Assembly: GCF_022846255.1 (NCBI RefSeq)
Contig: NZ_AP025682.1
From: Escherichia coli
GTDB taxonomy: Bacteria; Pseudomonadota; Gammaproteobacteria; Enterobacterales; Enterobacteriaceae
Reading direction: 5' to 3' (one strand)
DNA length: 64,000 bases
In this document: piece after piece, positions 39,301 through 51,650 of the stretch
Position numbering within the stretch: position 1 is the first letter of the stretch
Layout of the letters: each line of letters begins with the position of its first letter
Notes under the pieces: model-generated
Told to the model about the DNA's origin: nothing
Databases searched by the model: none
The model's input: only the letters and a program-made list of their open reading frames with translations
Program-made: the position numbers and the translations under genes

Positions 39301-40956
39301 ATGGAATTTTCGTTTTCACCCAAACTTCTTGTTGTTGCTGTCGCCGCAGCTCTTCCTCTCATAGCCAGCGCAGCAGATACCCCGTCAACCGCCACCGCAC
39401 GCAAAGGCTTTGCCGGATACGATCACCCAAACCAGTATCTGGTTAAACCGGCGACCACTATTGCCGACAACATGATGCCGGTGATGCAGCATCCTGCACA
39501 AGACAAAGAAACCCAGCAGAAACTGGCGGAACTTGAGAAAAAAACCGGTAAGAAACCGAACGTGGTTGTTTTCTTGCTGGATGATGTGGGCTGGATGGAC
39601 GTTGGCTTTAACGGCGGCGGCGTGGCGGTGGGTAACCCTACACCAGATATCGACGCCGTTGCCAGCCAGGGGCTGATTTTAACTTCGGCGTATTCTCAAC
39701 CGAGTTCTTCCCCAACCCGCGCCACGATTCTCACCGGACAATACTCCATCCACCACGGCATTCTGATGCCGCCAATGTACGGGCAACCGGGCGGTCTGCA
39801 AGGGTTAACCACGCTGCCGCAGTTGCTGCACGATCAGGGCTACGTCACTCAGGCCATCGGGAAATGGCATATGGGGGAAAACAAAGAGTCGCAGCCGCAG
39901 AACGTTGGCTTTGATGATTTCCGCGGCTTTAACTCGGTATCCGATATGTATACCGAATGGCGTGATGTTCACGTCAACCCGGAAGTCGCCCTGAGCCCGG
40001 ATCGTTCTGAATACATCCAAAAACTGCCGTTCAGCAAAGATGACGTTCATGCCGTGCGCGGCGGTGAACAGGAAGCCATTGCCGACATTACGCCGAAATA
40101 TATGGAAGACCTGGATCAACGCTGGATGGAATATGGCGTTAAGTTCCTCGACAAGATGGCGAAGAGTGATAAGCCTTTCTTCCTCTATTACGGCACTCGC
40201 GGCTGTCACTTCGATAACTACCCAAATGCGAAATATGCGGGTAGCTCTCCGGCGCGCACCTCTTACGGCGACTGCATGGTGGAGATGAACGATATCTTCG
40301 CCAATCTGTATAAAGCACTGGAGAAAAACGGTCAGCTTGATAACACGCTGATTGTGTTCACCTCTGATAACGGTCCGGAAGCCGAAGTTCCGCCGCACGG
40401 TCGCACGCCGTTCCGCGGTGCGAAAGGTTCTACATGGGAAGGCGGCGTTCGTGTGCCAACCTTCGTTTACTGGAAAGGCATGATCCAACCGCGTAAATCT
40501 GACGGCATTGTCGATCTGGCGGATCTCTTCCCTACGGCACTGGATCTGGCGGGGCACCCTGGGGCGAAAGTAGCGAATTTAGTACCGAAAACCACCTTTA
40601 TCGATGGTGTGGACCAGACATCTTTCTTCCTGGGAACAAATGGTCAGTCTAACCGTAAGGCCGAGCACTACTTCCTCAACGGCAAACTTTCTGCTGTGCG
40701 TATGGATGAGTTCAAGTATCACGTCCTGATCCAGCAACCGTACGCGTATACCCAGAGCGGGTATCAGGGTGGATTCACCGGCACAGTAATGCAAACGGCG
40801 GGATCGTCGGTGTTTAACCTGTACACCGATCCGCAGGAAAGCGACTCCATCGGCGTGCGCCATATCCCAATGGGTGTACCGCTACAGACCGAAATGCACG
40901 CGTATATGGAGATCCTGAAAAAATATCCACCACGCGCGCAGATTAAATCTGATTAA
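39301..40956 (+). CDS. aslA: arylsulfatase
   Basis: 551-aa product with signal peptide and sulfatase motif region ([13 protein letters not shown]). Confidence 0.9.
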   Translation: MEFSFSPKLLVVAVAAALPLIASAADTPSTATARKGFAGYDHPNQYLVKPATTIADNMMPVMQHPAQDKETQQKLAELEKKTGKKPNVVVFLLDDVGWMDVGFNGGGVAVGNPTPDIDAVASQGLILTSAYSQPSSSPTRATILTGQYSIHHGILMPPMYGQPGGLQGLTTLPQLLHDQGYVTQAIGKWHMGENKESQPQNVGFDDFRGFNSVSDMYTEWRDVHVNPEVALSPDRSEYIQKLPFSKDDVHAVRGGEQEAIADITPKYMEDLDQRWMEYGVKFLDKMAKSDKPFFLYYGTRGCHFDNYPNAKYAGSSPARTSYGDCMVEMNDIFANLYKALEKNGQLDNTLIVFTSDNGPEAEVPPHGRTPFRGAKGSTWEGGVRVPTFVYWKGMIQPRKSDGIVDLADLFPTALDLAGHPGAKVANLVPKTTFIDGVDQTSFFLGTNGQSNRKAEHYFLNGKLSAVRMDEFKYHVLIQQPYAYTQSGYQGGFTGTVMQTAGSSVFNLYTDPQESDSIGVRHIPMGVPLQTEMHAYMEILKKYPPRAQIKSD

Positions 40957-40984
40957 GCCGGCGCTATCGCTGAGATCTACCTTT

Positions 40985-41010
40985 GCCGGATGCGATGCTG
41001 ACGCATCCGG
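40985..41010. repeat. REP-like palindrome downstream of aslA
   Basis: GCCGGATGCG atgctga CGCATCCGGC. Confidence 0.55.
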
Positions 41011-41023
41011 CAATCAACCGCAG

Positions 41024-41048
41024 GCGGCCACAAAATGGCCGCTTTTTT
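41024..41048 (+). terminator. rho-independent terminator of aslA
   Basis: GCGGCCA caaaa TGGCCGC followed by TTTTTT. Confidence 0.6.
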
Positions 41049-42282
41049 ACTTATTCACCACCAGCAAATGCGCCTGCATAATGTCGCTGGCCGGACGACC
41101 GTGCGCCAGTAAATCAACCATTGCTTTAAGATATGGCGGTAGATGGCGGAAATAACGCTGATACCCGGCACACAAATAATTCAGCCCGGGTTTGCCGCTG
41201 GCATCGAGCATAAAGCGGTGTTTCGGGCAGCCTCCCCAGCACGCTTTTAACACGTTGCAACTGCGACACTGTGCCGGTAACTGCTTGAATTTATCTTCAC
41301 CAAATGCCTGCTGTTGCGGGGAATCAATCATTTCTGCAATCATCTGCTGAAGCATATTCCCTAGTCGATACTGCGGATAAACATAGTGATCGCAGGCATA
41401 AACGTCACCGTTGTGCTCAACAATCACCGAGCGCCCACAGGTTGGCTGATGATGGCAAACCGCGCCCGGTGCGCCGACAAAATTGGCGAACGCCCATTCG
41501 ATATTCATTACGAAAATCTTGCCGACGTCGCGCTTAATCCAGTGGTCGAAAATCGCCACCAGAAACTCACCGAACTCTTGCGGGCACACCGACCATTCCG
41601 TCAGTTCGCCCTGAATATCGCCGGGAGCATGTAGCTTAAGTCCAGCATGAGCAGCCGTTTCATCAGCCAGGCGCTCGACCACCGGAATAAACTGGATGAA
41701 CTCAACACCTGCATCACACAGAAAATCATAGACTTGCAAAGGTTGTAACGCACTGGTGCGATTGACGCAGACCAGCACGTTATAGTCGACATGATGTTTT
41801 TGCAGGAGCGTCAGAGCACGCATCACCAGCTTATGCGTTGGTCTGCCACCTTTGGTCACGCGATATTGATTGTGGATCTCAGCCGGACCATCCAGCGATA
41901 ACCCTACAAGAAAATGATTTTCTGCCAGAAATGCACACCATTCGTCATCGAGCAGCACGCCGTTAGTCTGGAAGCTATTACTTATCTTCCTGCCAGCACC
42001 ATATTTCGCCTGTAGCGCCACGGCACGGCGGTAAAAATCCAGCCCGAGTAACGTTGGTTCGCCGCCCTGCCAGGTAAAAGCCACTTCGTTTTGGGTTTCG
42101 CTGGCAGCGATATAGTGACGGACATACGCTTCCAGCGTGTCATCGTCCATATGCGTGACTGGCTTTTCGTGGTAAAGGGATTGTTTTTCGAGATAAAAAC
42201 AGTAGTCACAGTTCAGATTACAATCAGAACCGCTCGGTTTCGCCATCACATGAAAAGCACGCGTTGGAACCTGTTGCTGCAT
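41047..42282 (-). CDS. aslB: anaerobic sulfatase-maturating enzyme homolog (radical SAM)
   Basis: CxxxCxxC radical-SAM motif (CNLNCDYCFY); 411 aa from internal ATG of ORF 41047..42312. Confidence 0.9.
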   Translation of the reverse strand: MQQQVPTRAFHVMAKPSGSDCNLNCDYCFYLEKQSLYHEKPVTHMDDDTLEAYVRHYIAASETQNEVAFTWQGGEPTLLGLDFYRRAVALQAKYGAGRKISNSFQTNGVLLDDEWCAFLAENHFLVGLSLDGPAEIHNQYRVTKGGRPTHKLVMRALTLLQKHHVDYNVLVCVNRTSALQPLQVYDFLCDAGVEFIQFIPVVERLADETAAHAGLKLHAPGDIQGELTEWSVCPQEFGEFLVAIFDHWIKRDVGKIFVMNIEWAFANFVGAPGAVCHHQPTCGRSVIVEHNGDVYACDHYVYPQYRLGNMLQQMIAEMIDSPQQQAFGEDKFKQLPAQCRSCNVLKACWGGCPKHRFMLDASGKPGLNYLCAGYQRYFRHLPPYLKAMVDLLAHGRPASDIMQAHLLVVNK

Positions 42283-42395
42283 GGTCGCTCCTTGCCTGAA
42301 GTCATCCTTCAATAAGTTAAGGGCGAAATCATACCGTGGCGCAATACGTTATTACGGGCGTTTATTGCGAAGGGAAAGTGACGAAATGCACAGAA

Positions 42396-42420
42396 AACAA
42401 AAAACCCCGCCGAAGCGGGG
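42396..42420 (-). terminator. terminator of the argX-hisR-leuT-proM tRNA operon
   Basis: CCCCGC cgaa GCGGGG hairpin followed on the minus strand by a T-run. Confidence 0.6.
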
Positions 42421-42428
42421 TTCAAAAT

Positions 42429-42505
42429 TGGTCGGCGAGAGAGGATTCGAACCTCCGACCCACTGGTCCCAAACCAGTTGCGCTACCAAGCTGCGCTACT
42501 CGCCG
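42429..42505 (-). tRNA. proM: tRNA-Pro (anticodon UGG)
   Basis: reverse complement folds as a 77-nt tRNA with ...TTTGGGA... anticodon loop and encoded CCA. Confidence 0.9.
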
Positions 42506-42547
42506 AAATACTGCTTTTTGAATTTTTAGTTCAATTCTTTAAAGTCG

Positions 42548-42634
42548 TGGTGCGAGGGGGGGGACTTGAACCCCCACGTCCGTAAGGACACTAACACCTG
42601 AAGCTAGCGCGTCTACCAATTCCGCCACCTTCGC
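42548..42634 (-). tRNA. leuT: tRNA-Leu (anticodon CAG)
   Basis: 87-nt type II tRNA with long variable arm, anticodon loop CTTCAGGT, encoded CCA. Confidence 0.9.
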
Positions 42635-42654
42635 ATTGTCACAACTTCTAATAA

Positions 42655-42731
42655 TGGGGTGGCTAATGGGATTCGAACCCACGACAACTGGAATCACAAT
42701 CCAGGGCTCTACCAACTGAGCTATAGCCACC
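42655..42731 (-). tRNA. hisR: tRNA-His (anticodon GUG)
   Basis: 77 nt including the extra 5' G(-1); anticodon loop ATTGTGA; encoded CCA. Confidence 0.9.
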
Positions 42732-42788
42732 ACTACAAATCTTGTTACGCGGTATTACTACCACCGCAGCTCAAGCGCCGGGACTAAA

Positions 42789-42865
<77 letters not shown>

Positions 42866-42886
42866 TTAGCGCCGTTGCGGGGGTGG

Positions 42887-42935
42887 ATAATACGGACTTC
42901 CCACCCCTCTGTCTAGTCCCTTTTTAAATAAATTG
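42887..42935 (-). promoter_or_regulatory. candidate sigma70 stable-RNA promoter of the tRNA operon
   Basis: minus strand: -35 TAGACA, 17-bp spacer, -10 TATTAT, GC-rich discriminator CCACCCCC, A/T-rich upstream tract. Confidence 0.5.
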
Positions 42936-42967
42936 CGCGTTTGGTTACGGTTTGTGCGTTTTGCTGC

Positions 42968-44353
42968 TTATTCCTCCAGTTTATGCGCTTTACCGTGGCG
43001 ATTAAGCCCAAAAACTTTATAAATCGCCGTCACCACCAGCATAAAGATGATGCCGACAAACAGCGACATACGCGTATCTTCATTAAAGTACATGCCGATC
43101 AAAACGCAAATCAGGAATGCCATTGTTACGTAGTTGGCCCAAGGGAACAGGATTGAGCGGAACGGATGGCTGGCAATTGCTGCTTTATGCGCACGACGAA
43201 AACGCAGCTGGCTTATCAATATCACAAACCATGGCACCATCCCCGGAAGCACGCTGGCACTGTAGACGTAAACAAACACACGCTGCGGATTGGGAATGAT
43301 GTAGTTCAGGCATGAGCCAATTAGCAGAATAGCAATAGATACTGCCACACCCGCAACCGGTACGCCGTGACGGGAAACTTTCGCCATTGCCGCCGGTAAC
43401 TGACGGTTTTTCGCCAGTGCATAGAGCATACGTCCGCAACTGTACATGCCGCTGTTACAGCCAGAGAGCGCAGCCGTCAGCACCACAAAGTTGATAATGC
43501 CCGCCGCTGCGGTAATGCCGATTTTGGCGAAAGTCAGTACGAACGGGCTACCGTTGCTGCCTATTTCATTCCACGGGAAGATAGTAACGATAACGAAAAT
43601 CGCGCCAACGTAGAAAATCAGGATTCGCCACAGCACCTTGCCTACGGCACTGCGCAGCGTCACCTGCGGATTCTTCGCTTCACCGGCAGTAATGCCAATC
43701 AGCTCCACGCCCTGGTAGGACGCCACCACAATACACAATGCGGTCAGGAACCCTTTCCAGCCACCAGCAAAGAAACCGCCATGCTCTGTGAGATTGCTAA
43801 AACCAATCGACTGCCCGCCATTGCCAAAGCCAAAGAAAATCACACCCAGGCCAATGACAATCATCACGATAATCGTGGTGACTTTGATCATCGCGAACCA
43901 GAACTCGATTTCGCCGTACAACCTCACCGCAGCCAGATTCGCCAACGCCACCAGCGCCACCGCGATCAATGCGGGTATCCACTGCGCCATCTCCGGGAAC
44001 CAGAACTGGACATAAACGCCAATGGCGGTGATTTCTGAGATCCCCACCGCCATCCACATAAACCAGTAAGACCAGGCGGTGAGATAACCAAAGAACGGGC
44101 TCATATAACGATGCGCGTAAACGGCGAACGAACCGGTAACCGGTTCGAGGAACAACATTTCGCCCATTGAACGCATGATGAAAAAGACGAACAGCCCGGC
44201 GATGATATAGGCCAACAATACGGATGGCCCGGCCCATTTCAGGGTACTGGCGGCCCCCATAAACAGGCCGACGCCAATGGTGCCCCCCAGGGCGATGAGT
44301 TCGATATGTCGAGCTTCCAGCCCACGCTGTAGCTCTGGTTTGTTATCTGCCAT
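42968..44353 (-). CDS. yifK: APC-family amino acid permease YifK
   Basis: 461-aa 12-TM amino-acid permease matching YifK. Confidence 0.9.
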   Translation of the reverse strand: MADNKPELQRGLEARHIELIALGGTIGVGLFMGAASTLKWAGPSVLLAYIIAGLFVFFIMRSMGEMLFLEPVTGSFAVYAHRYMSPFFGYLTAWSYWFMWMAVGISEITAIGVYVQFWFPEMAQWIPALIAVALVALANLAAVRLYGEIEFWFAMIKVTTIIVMIVIGLGVIFFGFGNGGQSIGFSNLTEHGGFFAGGWKGFLTALCIVVASYQGVELIGITAGEAKNPQVTLRSAVGKVLWRILIFYVGAIFVIVTIFPWNEIGSNGSPFVLTFAKIGITAAAGIINFVVLTAALSGCNSGMYSCGRMLYALAKNRQLPAAMAKVSRHGVPVAGVAVSIAILLIGSCLNYIIPNPQRVFVYVYSASVLPGMVPWFVILISQLRFRRAHKAAIASHPFRSILFPWANYVTMAFLICVLIGMYFNEDTRMSLFVGIIFMLVVTAIYKVFGLNRHGKAHKLEE

Positions 44354-44543
44354 AAATCCTCGTGTTGTGTTTGCATGCTTTCCGGTGTTACCGGTTATCG
44401 TTATGGGTACATCGAGTGTTGCGAATGTTTTCGTAATTCAGGAGAAATGGCAAATAAAGCATTAAAAATTTGAATGCTTTGTGTAATAAAAAAGCAGACA
44501 GGCGACGAAGTGACCACTCCGTCGCTTTACAAAGAGAGGAAAA

Positions 44544-45284
44544 TCAGAGGTTGCCGGTGTAATGCCAGCGTAAATAACGCAGCAAACGAAGCTGACGCTT
44601 AATGCGGCTCGGCTGCGAAAGCAGGCGGTAGAGCCACTCCAGCCCCAGCGTTTGCCAGATTTTCGGTGCGCGTTTTACGTGACCGGTGAAAACATCGTAG
44701 GTCCCGCCAACGCCCATATACAGCGCATCTGGATGCACCAGACGGCAGTCGCGCATGAAGATCTCCTGCTTTGGCGATCCCATCGCAACGGTGACGATTT
44801 GCGCTCCGCTGGCATGAATGCGTTCAAACAGCGCCTGACGCTGCTCGGGTTTAAAATAACCATCCTGACTGCCAACGATATTCACATTCCACTGGTTGCG
44901 CAGTTTAGCTTCAGTTTGCGCCAGCACTTCAGGTTTACCGCCCACAAGAAATACCGGTGTCCCTTCTTTGCCTGCGCGCGCCATCAGCTCTTCCCAGAGA
45001 TCGGCACCGGCAACGCGGGAAACCTGCGCCTGCGGGTACTTTTTACGTACTGAACGTACAACGCTGATGCCATCCGCATATTTAAATTCGGCAGCGTTAA
45101 TTAGCTCCCTGACCTCAGCATTATCTTCAATGGTCAGCATTTTTTCGGCATTAATGGCAACCAGCGTTCCCTGCTTAAGCTGCCCGTCAGCGAACAGATA
45201 ATCGAGGGCGTGCTGCATATCACGCCAACCGATCAACTGTAAGCCACGCAGCGTATAGGTCGGTGCCGTGGTGTTGTTATTCAT
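44544..45284 (-). CDS. wecG: UDP-N-acetyl-D-mannosaminuronic acid transferase (ECA biosynthesis)
   Basis: 246-aa product; last gene of the wec cluster. Confidence 0.92.
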
Positions 45285-45286
45285 TG

Positions 45287-46639
45287 TTATCCTTCAACCT
45301 GCGTCCGGAGCGATGATTTTGTACGTTTATGAATGAGTCCGGCGCTTTCAAAAAGCCAGTACAACAGTTTTGCGATCATCAGACATGCGCCGAAGACCAC
45401 GATAAAAAAGACCACGCGTGAGACAAACGAATCCAGCCCTTCACGCGCCAGCACGATCATATTGAAGATCGCCCCGAAGCAGAAACTGTGCAATATCGCA
45501 GCCTTATAGCGATTAGTCTCGCGGTTGCCCAGCTCATACAGCCAGTCGAACCATTTGATAATCAGTCCAACCACAATCGCCCCGAGCGGGATGAACAACG
45601 CGCCGCCCATCACCACCAGTGAGCCTATAAGCGTAGGCGAGATCGCCAGTCCGGAGTGGTTATTCAGCACTTCCCAGGTAAAGTAGTTGGCGGAGTTCAG
45701 CACCATACTCGGGCGACCCGGCCACAGCCAGGAAGGGATAAAGACATAGAAATCGCGGACAATGGGAGCCAGGCCCTGGAAGTCGATGTTGTCGTAGTTC
45801 TGCAACAGCAACGCCAGATTCTCCCACGGCGAGAAGGTGTCGCGAGTGAGATAGAGAAACGTATAGAACGCTTCATCGCCGCTCACATTCATTCCATAGC
45901 GTTTTAGCGCCAGCCAGAACATGCCCACAATCCCCAGCACGCCCGCCGCCGCCAGCATCCACAACGAAATCCAGCCGCGAATAATGCCAATAAAGAGGAA
46001 GATAGCGAATGCGATAATGATATTGGCGCGAGTGCCGCCGACAATCATGTAAGTCAACAAGCCAAAGGCAACCGTGCTGACGAGGAAAAACAGCCACGCT
46101 TTGCTGTCCTGGCGCAGAAAGTAGACCACCAGCATCGCCGGGATGAAAAAGTAAAAGAAGCGTTTTAACGCCACGCCGGAGACTTCACTGGAGAAGATCT
46201 GACTGTAGGAGTTAAGCCGGAACAGCAAAAAGCCGTTGTGCATGAAGAAGATGCCGACGCTTACCAGCGCGATGCCCATCAGGATCACCCACGTGAGATT
46301 GGTTTCCACGCGGTTCATGGTAAACAGCGGACGGCGCGGTACATCAGCAACGCGTTTGCGTAGGCGGGTTTTGTAGGTGACGTAGTAAACCGCGTAGAAG
46401 CAGCCCGCAGAAAGCAACGCCTGCAACAAGATTTCTGGCGGCGCGACACCAACATCAAAGCGAAAAACCAGCACGCTGGTCAGCGGGAAGCCGAAGAAAA
46501 AGGTGAGCAAAAACAGCAATGAAAAGAAGACATTGAAGTTAAAGCGCACACGGCGAAACTCAAACCAGGTCAGCGTGGCAATAAACAGCGTGCAGAGCAG
46601 CCAGACAACAAACAGGCCACTGAATTGCAGCAGACTCAT
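45287..46639 (-). CDS. wzyE: ECA polysaccharide polymerase
   Basis: 450-aa polytopic membrane protein. Confidence 0.9.
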
Positions 46640-47715
46640 GCGACCTCCCCGGCGGCAATCGCCAACGCCCGCTGCCAGCCTTGTAGATAGTTAGGGCTAA
46701 AGAAGGCAATGGTGTTTTTATCCACCGACGCCAACTGGCGCTGCGCTTCACGCACAATATCCTCGTTGAGATCGTCGGTAGTAAACAGCACTGGCAAATG
46801 CTGTTCCGTCATATCCTGCCAGAACGGATTTTCCCGGTTAAGCACACAAGGAATGCCCGCCTGAATCAGTAAGCACAGCGTACCAATGCCCTGCTGGCGG
46901 GCAAAAATAAAGTAACCAAGATCGCACTGACGAAGTAGCGTCAGATAGGCGTCAAATTCCAGTTTTTCGCTCAGAACTTGCAGATTTTCTTCGCTGAATA
47001 ACTCCAGCCCCGCCTGACGAACTTCCTCAATGTACGCTTCGTTATTGGGCGGATATCCCATCGGCACCACCACTTTTACCGTATCGCCAAATTGCTGATG
47101 AACGGCACGTAAGGCGGCGACATGCTCATTGCTGCGGTCGCCGGAGTTCCCCACCAGAATGGTCATTTTCCCTTCACGTTGCCGATCGTTCGCCATCGTA
47201 TTAAGAGAAGGGTCCATCCGCGTCGGGAAGTACAGCAGTTCTCCCCGCACCTTTGGATGCGTTTTGGCAAAAAAGCTCAAATCACCGCGGGTGGCAAATA
47301 CACAGCCGACTCTCTTTTGCGCCAGGCGGCGTAGCGGGTAAAAAAGCTTATATCTCAAGCCACTGGAAAGCTCATACAGGTCTGCTCCCCAGATATGCCA
47401 GAAAAACTGGCTGGGCTTAATGCCACCACTCAGCAGAGCCAGCCACAGTTTGGGATTGAACTGACCGTGGAAAAAAAATCGCTGCTGACGGTTAGCTTTT
47501 GCTTTCGCGATGACCGCTTCCGCCAGCGATTTTTTCCCAGGGAAAAATTGCACAGAAAGCGCCGGACAGCTATCACTTAAGCCGTCGTCCTTGCCAACAA
47601 CCATAAACTCGCGCGCGTGCTCGCTCGTCGCGGCCAGCGCGTCGTTGAAAAACCGCAGAACGGTTCGGTTATGGTGAGGGATATCCGATCCCAGTACGTG
47701 AATCAGTACAGTCAT
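46636..47715 (-). CDS. wecF: TDP-Fuc4NAc:lipid II 4-alpha-L-fucosyltransferase
   Basis: 359 aa; 4-nt overlaps with both neighbours. Confidence 0.9.
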
Positions 47716-48962
47716 GCCCGCCTACGCCAGAGTAAAAACACGCCACAACAAAGAGAAAAATAGACGATATAGGTTGCCATATAGGCCTGTGCTGCGCCCA
47801 GTGCGCCATGCGCAGGGATTAGCCAGTGGGCAAATACCATCAATAAAGTGAACTGGCTGATTTCCGCCAGAATATAAAACCGCAGTGACGCTTTGGCGAT
47901 CACCAGATAACCAAAGACATAAGCGCCCACTTTTAACACATCACCCACTAACTGCCAGGCAAAGAGATCGCGCATAGCGGTAAATTTATTCGACAACAGC
48001 AGCCAGATAGCAAAATCACGCAGCAACCAGACGGTAAAACTCGCCGCCGCCACTGCCGGTAAGACGAATTTTAGCGATTTAACCACTTCCCGGGTGATAT
48101 CGCGCTTTTCCGTTAGCCGCGACAACGTGGGCAGCAAATATACGCTGAACGATGCCGTAATAAATTGCAGGTAGGCATCGGAAATACTGCTCACCCCTTG
48201 CCAGATCCCCACCTCATCCCAGCTATACTGCGCCGCCAGCAGTTTACGCATCATGATGTAAGCAACAGGCAAGGTCACCGACGTAATCAACGCCATGAGC
48301 GTAAATTTGCTCAACTGCCCTGCCAGACCGTTATCCCAGCTGGGTTTCAGATAGCTTAACGGGATGACACCACGTTTGATCAACATGATGGCGGCAGGAA
48401 TTACCACCAGCGCGGGAATCAGCGCCAGACCCAGCAACGCCCCTTCATAACCGCCCAAACGGTAACTGACGTAGTACGCGAGAACGCCAATCAAGCTGCC
48501 GACAATCAGCGATAACGCATTACCTGCGGCATCGCGAAAGCCTTTCATCAGCGCCAGTAACAGGTTGCCCCAGGCGATCCCCATTTGCACCAGCGCCACT
48601 AAACGCACCAGCCCCTGATAGTCGGTATTACCAAACAATCCCTGGCTGATTGGCGCAGCTGCCAGCACAAAAACCAGCGCCATCAGCGTAGAGAAACCAA
48701 GTACCATCGCTGATGAAGTGCCGACCACGCGGCGCAGCTGTTGCGGATTATCATGGTACTGGGCAACGTATTTGGTTACACCGTTAAAGATGCCAGCCCC
48801 GGCAAGCACGCCGAGCACGGTAATCAACTGGCGGAAATTTGCCGCCAGCCCAAGCCCCGCCGGACCAAATGACACTGCCAGCAACTTACCGACCAGTAAC
48901 CCGGCACCAATCTTGACCAGTGTACTGGCCGCCGTCCACAAGGACGCTTTTGCCAACGACAT
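47712..48962 (-). CDS. wzxE: ECA lipid III flippase
   Basis: 416-aa polytopic membrane protein. Confidence 0.9.
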   Translation of the reverse strand: MSLAKASLWTAASTLVKIGAGLLVGKLLAVSFGPAGLGLAANFRQLITVLGVLAGAGIFNGVTKYVAQYHDNPQQLRRVVGTSSAMVLGFSTLMALVFVLAAAPISQGLFGNTDYQGLVRLVALVQMGIAWGNLLLALMKGFRDAAGNALSLIVGSLIGVLAYYVSYRLGGYEGALLGLALIPALVVIPAAIMLIKRGVIPLSYLKPSWDNGLAGQLSKFTLMALITSVTLPVAYIMMRKLLAAQYSWDEVGIWQGVSSISDAYLQFITASFSVYLLPTLSRLTEKRDITREVVKSLKFVLPAVAAASFTVWLLRDFAIWLLLSNKFTAMRDLFAWQLVGDVLKVGAYVFGYLVIAKASLRFYILAEISQFTLLMVFAHWLIPAHGALGAAQAYMATYIVYFSLCCGVFLLWRRRA

Positions 48963-48963
48963 A

Positions 48964-50094
48964 TCAGGAGAAGTAGTTCAACAAGGTCGCAATTACCGTA
49001 CGCTGATTGACGGGCGACAGGTTGTAGAACAACGGCAGGCGCAGCAGGCGCTCGCTCTCTTTGGTGGTGTAGCGATCTTCACCGTGGAACTCACCAAAGC
49101 GTTCCCCCGCAGGGCAACCGTGCAGCGGAATGTAATGGAACACCGCCATGATTTCCGCTTCTTTCAGAAAGTTAATCAATGCGCTCCGGTCATCAATATC
49201 CCGCAGTTTAATGTAGAACATATGCGCGTTCTGCACGCAGCCATCGGGAATCGACGGCAGCTCGATACGCCCGGCTTTCGCCAGAGGTGCTAACGCATCG
49301 TAGTAGTTTTGCCACAGCGCCAGACGCTGCTGATTGATACGATCCGCTGCTTCCAGTTGCGCCCACAGGTACGCAGCTTGCAGATCGGACATCAAATAGC
49401 TGGAGCCAATATCGCGCCAGGTATATTTATCGACCTGACCACGGAAGAACTGGCTGCGGTTTGTGCCTTTTTCACGGATGATCTCTGCTCGTTCGATCAA
49501 CGCTTTATCGTTAATCAGCGTCGCGCCGCCTTCACCACCCGCCGTGTAGTTTTTGGTTTCATGGAAGCTAAAGCAGCCAATATGACCAATGGTTCCCAGC
49601 GCACGCCCTTTGTAAGTGGACATCACGCCCTGAGCGGCATCTTCCACCACAAACAGATTATGCTTCTTCGCCAACGCCATAATGGTGTCCATTTCGCAGG
49701 CCACACCCGCGTAATGGACCGGCACGATAACGCGCGTTTTGTCGGTGATCGCCGCTTCAATCAGCGTTTCGTCGATGTTCATGGTGTCCGGGCGAACATC
49801 CACAAAGACGATTTTCGCGCCACGCAGCACAAAGGCATTGGCGGTGGAGACAAAGGTGTAGCTCGGCATGATCACTTCATCGCCAGGCTGGATATCGAGC
49901 AGCAGCGCCGCCATCTCCAGCGAAGCGGTGCAGGATGGCGTCAGTAACACTTTGGCGCTGCCAAAACGTTGCTCCAGCCACTGCTGGCAGCGACGGGTAA
50001 AACCGCCATCGCCACACAGTTTGCCGCTACCCATTGCCGACTGCATATAGTCGAGTTCGGTTCCCACCACCGGCGGTGCGTTAAATGGAATCAT
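48964..50094 (-). CDS. wecE: dTDP-4-amino-4,6-dideoxygalactose transaminase
   Basis: 376-aa DegT/DnrJ/EryC1-type PLP aminotransferase. Confidence 0.93.
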   Translation of the reverse strand: MIPFNAPPVVGTELDYMQSAMGSGKLCGDGGFTRRCQQWLEQRFGSAKVLLTPSCTASLEMAALLLDIQPGDEVIMPSYTFVSTANAFVLRGAKIVFVDVRPDTMNIDETLIEAAITDKTRVIVPVHYAGVACEMDTIMALAKKHNLFVVEDAAQGVMSTYKGRALGTIGHIGCFSFHETKNYTAGGEGGATLINDKALIERAEIIREKGTNRSQFFRGQVDKYTWRDIGSSYLMSDLQAAYLWAQLEAADRINQQRLALWQNYYDALAPLAKAGRIELPSIPDGCVQNAHMFYIKLRDIDDRSALINFLKEAEIMAVFHYIPLHGCPAGERFGEFHGEDRYTTKESERLLRLPLFYNLSPVNQRTVIATLLNYFS

Positions 50095-50098
50095 GTGA

Positions 50099-50773
50099 TC
50101 ACCTGTATAACCAGTACGCGGTGCTTTCTACATTCGCACCACTTTGTATGTATCGTTTAAGCGCGGCGGTGTTGCCCATCTGGGTCGCCACCCGCAAAGT
50201 TGTTTTACCGCGAGCATACGCCCAGTTTAGCGCTGTTTGCATTAGCTCAGCACCTGCACCGCGTCCAGCCAGCAGGCCAATTCGCGCATCTGTCGCATTG
50301 AGTTCCCGTAAAGAGACATAGCCGCGAATATCGCCGGACGCCGCACGTAAAATCAGACATTGATGATCAAAGGTGCCGCGCACGGCATTTTCAATCCACT
50401 GCGCATAAAAGCGACCGCTGGCGTCAGGCGCATACCATGGCGCACGAAAACGGCTTTGCGCAAATGCGGCGCTGGCTAACTGACGTAATGCGGGAATATC
50501 GGTCTCTTGTGCCACTACAGCACCGCTATCACTGACATTGTTCACGGGTAGCGCCAAATCAACTTCACCTTCTACCAGGGAGAATCCCAGCTGTTGCAGG
50601 GCATCCAGTTCACCCGTATTTGATGCCGCAATTTTGGCCTGCACCCGTGACCACGGCGCTAACGCGTCTGGCGTCAGGAGCGGTGCTTCAGACGTAATGC
50701 GCACAATGGCACTGTTAACACCAAAGAAGGCGTTTTCCCAGGTTAGTGGCTCAATACTGGCGCGGACGGGCAC
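50099..50773 (-). CDS. wecD: dTDP-fucosamine acetyltransferase
   Basis: 224-aa GNAT-like ORF between rffH and wecE. Confidence 0.85.
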   Translation of the reverse strand: MPVRASIEPLTWENAFFGVNSAIVRITSEAPLLTPDALAPWSRVQAKIAASNTGELDALQQLGFSLVEGEVDLALPVNNVSDSGAVVAQETDIPALRQLASAAFAQSRFRAPWYAPDASGRFYAQWIENAVRGTFDHQCLILRAASGDIRGYVSLRELNATDARIGLLAGRGAGAELMQTALNWAYARGKTTLRVATQMGNTAALKRYIQSGANVESTAYWLYR

Positions 50774-51632
50774 GAAGTAACTCCAGCAGATATTGGCCGT
50801 AGCCAGTTTTCGCCAGCGAGCTGGCGGCGCGCTTCACGCCTTCGTCATCAAGCCAGCCGTTACGCCAGGCGATCTCTTCCAGGCAGGCAATCTTAAAGCC
50901 CTGGCGTTTTTCCACCGTCTGTACAAAGGTGCTGGCTTCAATCAGGCTGTCGTGAGTGCCAGTGTCCAGCCAGGCAAATCCGCGCCCGAGCAGTTCAACG
51001 GTCAGGTTGCCCGCCTCGAGGTACATCTGGTTGATGGAGGTAATCTCCAGTTCACCACGCTCCGACGGCTTCACCTGCTTTGCGTACTCCACAACTTTAC
51101 TGTCGTAGAAATAAAGCCCGGTCACCGCCCAGTTTGATTTTGACTGTTTTGGCTTTTCTTCCAGAGAGATAGCGCGGAAATTGTCGTCAAACTCCACGAC
51201 GCCAAAGCGTTCTGGATCCATTACCTGATAGCCAAATACCGTCGCCCCTTGCGTGCGCGCCGCAACATGACGCAGCTTCGGACTGAAGCCCTGACCGAAG
51301 AAGATGTTATCGCCCAGCACCAGACAAGATGGCTCACCATTAAGGAAGGTTTCACCGATGATAAATGCCTGCGCAAGACCGTCCGGGCTGGGCTGTTCGG
51401 CATATTCCAGCTGGATACCGAACTCACTACCATCGCCCAGCAGGCGCTGGAAATAACCTTTGTCTTCCGGCGTAGTGATGATGAGAATTTCGCGGATACC
51501 GGCCAGCATCAGCACCGACAGCGGATAGTAAATCATTGGCTTATCGTAAATCGGCAACAGTTGCTTCGATACGCCGCGCGTAATCGGATGCAATCGGGTG
51601 CCGGAACCGCCCGCCAGGATAATACCTTTCAT
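50751..51632 (-). CDS. rffH: glucose-1-phosphate thymidylyltransferase
   Basis: [18 protein letters not shown]... 293 aa. Confidence 0.95.
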   Translation of the reverse strand: MKGIILAGGSGTRLHPITRGVSKQLLPIYDKPMIYYPLSVLMLAGIREILIITTPEDKGYFQRLLGDGSEFGIQLEYAEQPSPDGLAQAFIIGETFLNGEPSCLVLGDNIFFGQGFSPKLRHVAARTQGATVFGYQVMDPERFGVVEFDDNFRAISLEEKPKQSKSNWAVTGLYFYDSKVVEYAKQVKPSERGELEITSINQMYLEAGNLTVELLGRGFAWLDTGTHDSLIEASTFVQTVEKRQGFKIACLEEIAWRNGWLDDEGVKRAASSLAKTGYGQYLLELLRARPRQY

Positions 51633-51650
51633 GTTTGCCTCCGCTGAGAA

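Noticed and set aside
39805-40557. 250-aa minus-strand ORF inside aslA
   Set aside because: Antisense shadow ORF; aslA frame has signal peptide and sulfatase motifs.
42281-42529. Small ORFs (82 and 61 aa) overlapping tRNA-Pro
   Set aside because: They span a tRNA gene and its terminator; chance ORFs.
44485-44525. Terminator for the wec operon downstream of wecG
   Set aside because: A 6-bp stem with a 12-nt loop followed by a T-run on the minus strand is present, but the stem is weak and alternative pairings exist. Not confident enough to list as a feature.
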